Assembly (NCBI RefSeq): GCF_007830175.1
Contig: NZ_VLKH01000004.1
Span: forward strand, 322,399 to 346,398
Source: Sedimentibacter saalensis
GTDB taxonomy: Bacteria; Bacillota; Clostridia; Tissierellales; Sedimentibacteraceae
DNA: 24,000 bases
Reading direction: 5' to 3'
Both the position numbers and the translations under genes were made by a program. Each line of letters begins with the position of its first letter. Position 1 is the first letter of the stretch. Positions 16,511-23,031 of this stretch are shown here, piece after piece. The notes beneath the pieces were generated by a model. The model worked only from the letters and a program-made list of their open reading frames with translations. It made no database searches and was not told the origin of the DNA.

Positions 16511-16958
16511 TTTTAATCCTCTTGCTTTTTAAATTAATAATTATAACTACAATCAAGTAATAGAATATCATTGAAGGAATACCTGCTATTACCGATAACA
16601 ATGTTTGTCCAGACAATGCTGATGTAAAATTAAGAGAATTGTAGACAACAACCAGTATTATATCTGAAGAAAACAACAATATTACTGATGTCAAAGTAGC
16701 TTTAATAGCTTTATGTATCTCAATATTATTCAATTTAACAGCCAATGCAATATCAAACAAAATAGCTATAATTGTATGTACTCCGAAATGAATTGGTAAA
16801 AATCTTACAAAATAAATTCCGACACCTCCAATTACACCGGATATTAATACTTTTTTAAAATCAACTTCTGAATCAGATAAAAGACAAATTGCATACATAA
16901 CTAAAAATGTTTCAGGAATTATTCTAATAAATAACGAATATATAGGTTGCTGAAGCAT
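16497..16958 (-). CDS. small integral membrane protein (about 5 TM helices) of unknown function, first gene of the agr-like operon
   Basis: Hydrophobic profile with about 5 helices. The start is placed at the ATG at 16958, with a GGAGA RBS 5 nt upstream. Its 3' end overlaps the agrB start by 14 nt. Confidence 0.6.
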   Translation of the reverse strand: MLQQPIYSLFIRIIPETFLVMYAICLLSDSEVDFKKVLISGVIGGVGIYFVRFLPIHFGVHTIIAILFDIALAVKLNNIEIHKAIKATLTSVILLFSSDIILVVVYNSLNFTSALSGQTLLSVIAGIPSMIFYYLIVVIIINLKSKRIKNELD

Positions 16959-17014
16959 AAAATTCTCCAAGTTGAATCATATTTTTAATCTAAATTTTAT
17001 TATGTTTCGTAAAA

Positions 17015-17043
17015 ATTATAGCATTTAGTGTCGATAAATACAA
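17015..17043 (-). promoter_or_regulatory. putative sigma-A promoter (extended -10) of the agr-like operon
   Basis: On the minus strand: TTGTAT (17043-17038), a 17-nt spacer ending in TGC, then TATAAT (17020-17015). Confidence 0.45.
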
Positions 17044-17057
17044 TGTTTTTTCAAAAT

Positions 17058-17157
17058 AATTACAATTAATTAGGTAAAAAATGCTATATTAACAATTTTT
17101 TCCTTTATTCGAAAATATTAATGTAATTTAAGGAAAAAACTTCAAAATTACAATTAA
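17058..17157. repeat. three copies of an AATTACA(A)TTAA motif upstream of the agr-like promoter
   Basis: AATTACAATTAA occurs at 17058-17069 and 17146-17157 as exact direct copies. TTAATGTAATT at 17118-17128 is an inverted copy lacking one base. The last two form an inverted repeat with a 17-nt spacer. Confidence 0.45.
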
Positions 17158-17194
17158 AAACTAAACAGCTACACAGCAACAATCTAAAATCATC

Positions 17195-18172
17195 TCAGCA
17201 ATAACTGCCTTCAACTTCTTTACAGTATTCTACCAGTTTGTTCTTTACATTGTCAGGTGAAAGGATTTTAACCTTGTTGCCAAACTGAAATATCCACCCC
17301 AGAAAAGGAGGACTTATTTGAACTCTCACAATTGCCATGAAGTTGTCCTGGTCGTATTTGTGTATTATTGTTTTTTCACCAAAGCGGTCAATTACAACAC
17401 CAAGCAGAGAATTGTCAAACAATGCTTCCAAAGTTACTTCCTCCCCTCCAAACATACCAAACACTTTTTTGGCATGATCTCCAAAATTTATATGATCTCC
17501 TTGTTCTGCTGCTATTTCCAGAATTTCTATGTCTTCCATCTTGTCCACACGAAAGTGAGAAATTCTATCATGTTTTTCACAATCAGCAATCAGGTAGTAA
17601 TTTTCATCATACCATGTGAGGGTATAGGGACTTGCTGTATATCTTTCACCATTGTTTCTGTATCTTTTTTTCTTGTCAACTGTATATTCAAAGTACTTGA
17701 AGGAAATTTGCCTGTGGGTTGCAACAGCAAGATGTATTCTGTCAACATTGCAGTAAATTTTTTCATTCATGGTTTTTACTCTGTCGGCCACATAAACCTG
17801 TCGTTTTAGCTGCAAAGCCTCGTAATTACTGGCTAGACTGCTTATTTTCCTTATGAGGTCTCTAGATTTTCTTTCAGTGATAAATTTTGACGATGCCACA
17901 GCATCTGCAAGAAGTTTAAGCTCTGCCAGTTCAAAAGTTCTGTCCCCGACATAGTAGCTATAAGTCTTTGATTTTTTGCATAAAATATCAATTCCGTAGC
18001 TTTTTAAGGAATCAATATCGTTGTAAATGCTTTTTCTTTCTGCATTTATGTCGTATTTTTTTAGTTCGTTTATAAGGTCTGGAACTGTTAAGGAATGTTC
18101 TGAGTCAGTTTTTTCGAAAAGAATTTTCAACAAATACATCAGCTTTAATTTTTGATTTGATAATTTAGACAT
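17195..18172 (-). CDS. WYL-domain transcriptional regulator (N-terminal wHTH + WYL + C-terminal extension)
   Basis: N-terminal LKLMYLLKILFEKTDSEHSLTVPDLINELKKYDINAERKSIYNDIDSL (HTH_11-like). The WYL region is ISFKYFEY...PYTLTWYDENYYLIADCEKHDRISHFRVDKM. The start is placed at the ATG at 18172, with a GGGGGG RBS. Confidence 0.8.
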   Translation of the reverse strand: MSKLSNQKLKLMYLLKILFEKTDSEHSLTVPDLINELKKYDINAERKSIYNDIDSLKSYGIDILCKKSKTYSYYVGDRTFELAELKLLADAVASSKFITERKSRDLIRKISSLASNYEALQLKRQVYVADRVKTMNEKIYCNVDRIHLAVATHRQISFKYFEYTVDKKKRYRNNGERYTASPYTLTWYDENYYLIADCEKHDRISHFRVDKMEDIEILEIAAEQGDHINFGDHAKKVFGMFGGEEVTLEALFDNSLLGVVIDRFGEKTIIHKYDQDNFMAIVRVQISPPFLGWIFQFGNKVKILSPDNVKNKLVEYCKEVEGSYC

Positions 18173-18445
18173 TTTACCCCCCGATACAATGTTAATATAT
18201 TTAATTGTGCTTTTAAAACAAAATTTCATAAATACCTGCTCCGACACTTAATTTATCGGCTGTATTTTATATAATTTTATAATTTCATATATTATTTCCA
18301 AGACCTGTTCCTGTGCATAATCAGGTATAATTGCTGCATCAACACCAGAATGTGCATATTTGAATACATAGTGACCATTCTTACACATAATTATTATATG
18401 ATAATTTTACCAAGCATTCAATAATGTTAAAAAATTTTATTATAT

Positions 18446-18473
18446 ATAAAAAGGCTCGGAATTTTTCCGAACC
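18446..18473 (-). terminator. rho-independent terminator downstream of larC
   Basis: On the minus strand GGTTCGGAA-AAA-TTCCGAGCC forms a 9-bp stem with one G-U pair, followed by TTTTTAT. Confidence 0.6.
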
Positions 18474-18479
18474 TGGATA

Positions 18480-19862
18480 TTATAACATCAATGAAATATT
18501 CTTAATTTCATCATTTATTTCCTTGTAGCTCTTGCCTGTTATGTTGCATATGTTTTTTACATCTTCATATTCAGGCTTACAAAACACATTTCCTTCATAG
18601 CTGCTAACTTTTACTTTAACAGGACCATACTTTGTTTCCACTTCTATTATTTCCCTGTTAAGAACAGTCCTCTCAGTCCTGTATCTTCTGATACCAATAG
18701 TTGTTGTGTTGTTAAATATTACAGATTCCATTTTTCTAATGTCATCTTCTTTGCATATTACTGTCAGTCTGTAAGCCGGTCTGCTTTTTTTCATGTAAAT
18801 TGGAGTGAAGAAAACATCGCTTGCTCCGTCTTCAAAAAGTTTCTCCATTGTGAATGACAGACTTTCTCCCGTAGAATCATCAATGTTTGTTTCAAGCACC
18901 CACATATATTTATTTCCTTGGCAATGATGCATGTCTGTTTCTGATTGTTCATTTGATTCTTCAATCAGATAAGTTCTGAGCACATTTGCTTTGTCAAAAT
19001 CTTTTTTACCGGCACCTGTTCCAGTTTTCTTGATGGTGTAGGATAGAGGCAGAGAATCCATAGTCTTAATAGCCGCTGCTATTGCTGCTCCTGTAGGTGT
19101 TATCATTTCGCCCCTGGCTTGTGTTATTCTTATGGGCAGAGAATGTTCTGCTGCAATGTTTACGACCGCAGGAACAGGAACAGGAATTATGCCGTGTTGG
19201 CATTTAACATGACCTCTTCCTTCATACAGTTCAGAAACCACTACATCATCAATTTTAAGGTTATCTATTAATATGGCCAAAGCAACAATGTCAACTATGG
19301 AATCAACTGCTCCCACCTCGTGGAAATGAACTTCTGAAACTCCAAGACCGTGAGCCTTTGCTTCTGCTTCTGCCACAACCTGGAAAATCTTTCTGGAAAT
19401 TGATTTTGCTCTGTTTGTAATTTTTGATTCATCAATTATTTTTAATATATCGACTATGTTTCTGTGTTCATGGTAATGATGTGCATGTTGTCCATGACTG
19501 TCATCTGCTTCTTGATAATGTTCATGGTGGTCATGATCATATGAATGACAGTGGCCGTTTTCTATTTCATGTCCATGACTGTGCTCGTGATGATGTTCAT
19601 GGTCATGATGGTGTTCATGGTCGTGATGGTGCTCATGTTCGTGATGGTGCTCATGCTCTTGTTCTAAAACAACATTAAAATCACATGCATCTATGCCACA
19701 TTTCTTTGTTCTTCCTATTTCTATGCTGTATCCGTCTACATTCAGACTTCTCAATCCTTCCATCATCACTTCCCTGTCACCGCCCAGATCAAGAAGGGAT
19801 GCTACAGTCATATCACCGCTTATTCCTGAATAACATTCCATATACAAAATTCTTTTGCTCAT
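18480..19862 (-). CDS. larC: LarC, nickel-pincer cofactor nickel-insertion protein (DUF111 family), single fused ORF with a long His-rich insert
   Basis: The N-terminus YMECYSGISGDM is typical of LarC/DUF111. A His-rich tract spans residues 67-133. The C-terminal LarC2-like region is present in the same frame. Confidence 0.9.
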   Translation of the reverse strand: MSKRILYMECYSGISGDMTVASLLDLGGDREVMMEGLRSLNVDGYSIEIGRTKKCGIDACDFNVVLEQEHEHHHEHEHHHDHEHHHDHEHHHEHSHGHEIENGHCHSYDHDHHEHYQEADDSHGQHAHHYHEHRNIVDILKIIDESKITNRAKSISRKIFQVVAEAEAKAHGLGVSEVHFHEVGAVDSIVDIVALAILIDNLKIDDVVVSELYEGRGHVKCQHGIIPVPVPAVVNIAAEHSLPIRITQARGEMITPTGAAIAAAIKTMDSLPLSYTIKKTGTGAGKKDFDKANVLRTYLIEESNEQSETDMHHCQGNKYMWVLETNIDDSTGESLSFTMEKLFEDGASDVFFTPIYMKKSRPAYRLTVICKEDDIRKMESVIFNNTTTIGIRRYRTERTVLNREIIEVETKYGPVKVKVSSYEGNVFCKPEYEDVKNICNITGKSYKEINDEIKNISLML

Positions 19863-20605
19863 TATTGTACCGCCAATCTGTTTATTTGTGTGCTCATGTA
19901 CCCTGCTCCAAAACCATTGTCAATGTTTACTACAGCAATTCCTTCTGCACATGAATTAAGCATTGTGAGAAGAGAAGAAAGCCCGTTAAAATTTGCACCG
20001 TAACCTATTGATGTGGGCACTGCTATTACTGGTTTATGGGACATTCCTGCTATTACTCCGGGCAAGGCTCCTTCCATGCCGGCAACAGCTACAATGCAGT
20101 TGGCTTTGTTTATATCTTCAATTTTTGAAAGAAGTCTGTGAATTCCTGCTACTCCAACATCGTAAACCCTCATTACCCTGCTTCCGAAAAATTCCGCTGT
20201 CTGTGCAGCTTCTTCTGCAACTGCAATGTCCGATGTTCCTCCTGTGCACACTGCAATTAAACCAGTTTGTTCCGGAACATTCCTCATTATTTTTACAATG
20301 CGCGACATTTCGTCATATTCAGCTTCAGGCATAAGTGCATTTATTGCTTCATATTGTTCCTTTGAAGCTCTTGTACCCATTATGTTTATATTTTTTTCAT
20401 TGAATGACTGAAAAATCTTAACAAGGTGCTCTGTTGATTTTCCGCTGCAGTAAACAACCTCTCCAAATCCCGACCGAAGCATTCTGTGGTGGTCAAGCTT
20501 TGCAAACCCAAGGTCCTCGTAAGGAAGTTTTTTAAGAGTTTTTTCAGCTTCACTCAAATCAATTTCATTGTTCTTTACTTTTAACAGCAATTCGTGAATA
20601 TCCAT
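19862..20605 (-). CDS. larB: LarB, pyridinium-3,5-biscarboxylic acid mononucleotide synthase (PurE/AIR-carboxylase-like)
   Basis: DHHRMLRSGFGEVVYCSGK plus the PurE-like core IAVCTGGTSDIAVAEEA...VAGMEGALPGV. Its stop overlaps the larC start (TAATG). Confidence 0.9.
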   Translation of the reverse strand: MDIHELLLKVKNNEIDLSEAEKTLKKLPYEDLGFAKLDHHRMLRSGFGEVVYCSGKSTEHLVKIFQSFNEKNINIMGTRASKEQYEAINALMPEAEYDEMSRIVKIMRNVPEQTGLIAVCTGGTSDIAVAEEAAQTAEFFGSRVMRVYDVGVAGIHRLLSKIEDINKANCIVAVAGMEGALPGVIAGMSHKPVIAVPTSIGYGANFNGLSSLLTMLNSCAEGIAVVNIDNGFGAGYMSTQINRLAVQ

Positions 20606-20621
20606 CTTAACCTCTTTTATT

Positions 20622-21434
20622 TTATTTTTCCAAATTAATATCCATGCTTCCGGAACGGAAGCCTTCTATATCCAATGTAATATAAACAAAGCCGGATCTT
20701 TTCATGAAATCAATGATGGATTGGCTGTTTTCTACCAATTTGATCATATTTTCCTTTGTTACCTCGATTCTTGCTATGTCATTGTGAACCCTCACTCTAA
20801 CAACATCAAAGCCCAAGCTCTTTATAAAATCCTCTGCTTTATCTATTTTTTCTAAAATTTCAAAATTTAATTCAGTATTGTAAGGAAGTCTTGTAGCCAT
20901 GCATGGTGCTGATGGTCTTGAAGCAACAGAAATGTTTAAGCTCTTTGCCATTTCTCTTACTTCCTGCTTTGATATATCAAGCTCTGCCAAGGGGCTTACA
21001 ACTCCCAGTTCTCCAAGAGCCTTTACGCCGGGTCTGTAGACTTTCAGGTCATCTGCATTAGTGCCGTCAACCACGTATTTTAGATCATTGTTCTTTGCAA
21101 ATTCAGTTAAATTTACAAACAGCGATTTTTTGCACAAATAGCATCTGTTTACGGGATTTTTCAATATTTCCTTGTTTTCAAATTCATTTACCTGAATTAT
21201 TTTATGAATGGCTCCCATTTCTCCTGCCACTTTTTTTGAAACAGTTACGTCAGAAACAGGGTGCAGTCTTGTTTCAAAAGTTACGGCGTATACATTCTTG
21301 TTTTGTTTTTTCCCTGCTTCGCATGAAAGTTTAAGTATGAGACTGCTGTCAACTCCTCCTGAAAAGGCAATACATACTCCGCCTTCAACAAGCTTGTTTA
21401 TTTTTTCTTCTAGCAATAAAAATTTATTTTCCAT
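20622..21434 (-). CDS. larE: LarE, ATP-dependent sulfur transferase of nickel-pincer cofactor synthesis (PP-loop ATP pyrophosphatase)
   Basis: PP-loop AFSGGVDSS. VRVRVHNDIARIE and ITLDIEGFRSGSMD match Lactobacillus plantarum LarE as recalled from memory. The start is placed at the ATG at 21434, with a GGGAGGA RBS. Confidence 0.9.
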   Translation of the reverse strand: MENKFLLLEEKINKLVEGGVCIAFSGGVDSSLILKLSCEAGKKQNKNVYAVTFETRLHPVSDVTVSKKVAGEMGAIHKIIQVNEFENKEILKNPVNRCYLCKKSLFVNLTEFAKNNDLKYVVDGTNADDLKVYRPGVKALGELGVVSPLAELDISKQEVREMAKSLNISVASRPSAPCMATRLPYNTELNFEILEKIDKAEDFIKSLGFDVVRVRVHNDIARIEVTKENMIKLVENSQSIIDFMKRSGFVYITLDIEGFRSGSMDINLEK

Positions 21435-21447
21435 AATTCCTCCCATG

Positions 21448-22212
21448 TTAGGTCATTTGTTTATATTTTGAGCAAACAGGACACCCCTGAAGCACAAATG
21501 GTTTTTCAAGTCCGCATCTGTCAAGAAGCTCTTCATTTCTTAATATTTCATCTGATTTTCCGTCAGCCAGAACTCTGCCTTCGCCTATAACTATTGTTCT
21601 TTCGCAAACATCAAGTACCATGTCCAGGTCGTGAGTTGCTATTATTTTTGTGTGTTTAAATTCTTTCAATATGTTAATGAGCCTTCTTCTTGACTTAGGA
21701 TCAAGGTTGGATGAAGGTTCATCCATGAGAAGTATGTCAGGTTCCATTGATAATACACAAGCTATTGAAACCGAACGCTTTTCTCCTCCTGAAAGCTTGT
21801 AGGTTTGTCTGTCTGACAAATGTGATGCTCCTACAATTTCCAGGGCTCTTTCAACTCTTTTCTTAACTTCATTTTCTGATAATTTATAATTTCTTGGCCC
21901 AAAGGCAACATCATCATAAACTGTGGTGCTGAACAGCTGATGATCCGGATTTTGAAATGTAAAACCAATTCTCTGCCTTATTGACGGAAGTGTTTTTTTA
22001 TCAAGCGGAACATTGCCTATTCTTATTTCACCGCTGTCAGGGAACAAAATTCCGACCATTGACAAAAGAAGAGTTGATTTTCCTGCACCGTTACTTCCTA
22101 CCACTGCCACTGATTCTCCGTGATAAATTTCAAAATTCACACCGTTTAGTGCCTTTTTCCCATCAGGATATGAATAGCAAACATTGTCTATAATTACATT
22201 GTGATGACTCAT
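21448..22212 (-). CDS. cbiO: ECF/CbiMNQO-type transporter ATPase (CbiO/LarO-like)
   Basis: Walker A GSNGAGKST, signature LSGGEKRS, Walker B ILLMDEP. The start is placed at the ATG at 22212, with an AGGAGC RBS and a 1-nt overlap with the cbiQ stop. The upstream 26 codons in the ORF track overlap cbiQ and are unlikely to be coding. Confidence 0.85.
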   Translation of the reverse strand: MSHHNVIIDNVCYSYPDGKKALNGVNFEIYHGESVAVVGSNGAGKSTLLLSMVGILFPDSGEIRIGNVPLDKKTLPSIRQRIGFTFQNPDHQLFSTTVYDDVAFGPRNYKLSENEVKKRVERALEIVGASHLSDRQTYKLSGGEKRSVSIACVLSMEPDILLMDEPSSNLDPKSRRRLINILKEFKHTKIIATHDLDMVLDVCERTIVIGEGRVLADGKSDEILRNEELLDRCGLEKPFVLQGCPVCSKYKQMT

Positions 22213-23018
22213 TAAAATGCTCCTGTCATAATGTTGCCAAGTATTACCGGCACATTGTAAAATCTGACTAATAATAAAAATACAACACACAAAATCAAAT
22301 ACACATAATCATTTATGCGAAAAATATTTTTAGCCGTATAATATTCCCCTTGGTATCCACGCAAGCACATTGCACTGTAAATTGATTGTGCTCTGTCGTA
22401 CGTTCTCATCAATAACTGCCCCAAAAGCGGTCCCCACATATTATTGTGAATTCCTTTTTGTCCCGGAGCCCTTAAAAAATATGAAGTACTTATTGTTGAA
22501 AATTCTTCAATCAAGACATATGTATAGCGGTATGTGAGCAAAAAAACCATTATAAAAATTTTCGGCACATGTAGGCTGCCAAGGGCTTTTGCAATATCGT
22601 CCACTGAAGTAGTTGCAATTAAAAGCATTCCGCACATAACTGATAATGTGCTTTTTATTATGAGGCTTATATATGATAAAATACCTCTTGATACAATCAT
22701 ATTTTCAAAGATTACAACCGCTTCTTTGTCAAGTATTGGATTGGAAATTCCAACAAGCATAATAAGAGGCAGCACCAGCAGCGACCTTTTTAATACGGGC
22801 ATAACCTTAATGTCTCCAAGGTTGAAAACTATAGACGGATATATTGCCAGTGGAATCAGTGCCACAATTTCATACTTGTTAAATGAAACAGCAGTTAAAA
22901 TATAAAAAAAACTTGCCAACAATTTGACCAAAGGATTCAGTTTGTGAATCACTGTGTCATTTTGAGCTATTTCATCGAAATACCTTAATCCATACATTGA
23001 TTTTGTAATTTTATTCAT
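22212..23018 (-). CDS. cbiQ: ECF/CbiMNQO-type transporter transmembrane component (CbiQ/LarQ-like)
   Basis: Polytopic membrane protein with the N-terminal pattern IHKLNPLVKLL typical of CbiQ/EcfT. It sits between cbiM and cbiO. Confidence 0.8.
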   Translation of the reverse strand: MNKITKSMYGLRYFDEIAQNDTVIHKLNPLVKLLASFFYILTAVSFNKYEIVALIPLAIYPSIVFNLGDIKVMPVLKRSLLVLPLIMLVGISNPILDKEAVVIFENMIVSRGILSYISLIIKSTLSVMCGMLLIATTSVDDIAKALGSLHVPKIFIMVFLLTYRYTYVLIEEFSTISTSYFLRAPGQKGIHNNMWGPLLGQLLMRTYDRAQSIYSAMCLRGYQGEYYTAKNIFRINDYVYLILCVVFLLLVRFYNVPVILGNIMTGAF

Positions 23019-23031
23019 TTGTCTGTCCCGG

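Noticed and set aside
17318-17809. 163-aa plus-strand ORF, and the overlapping 17368-17619 ORF.
   Set aside because: They are antisense to the WYL regulator gene. Their composition is hydrophobic and low-complexity, as expected from the reverse frame of an AT-rich gene.
18480-19862. Programmed frameshift in larC, as in the LarC1/LarC2 arrangement of Lactobacillus plantarum.
   Set aside because: A single uninterrupted 460-codon frame covers both parts here, so no frameshift is needed.
19424-20411. Plus-strand ORFs 19424-19678, 19685-19954, 19993-20334 and 20226-20411.
   Set aside because: They are antisense to larC and larB. The first merely mirrors the His-codon repeats as Val/His/Asp-rich sequence.
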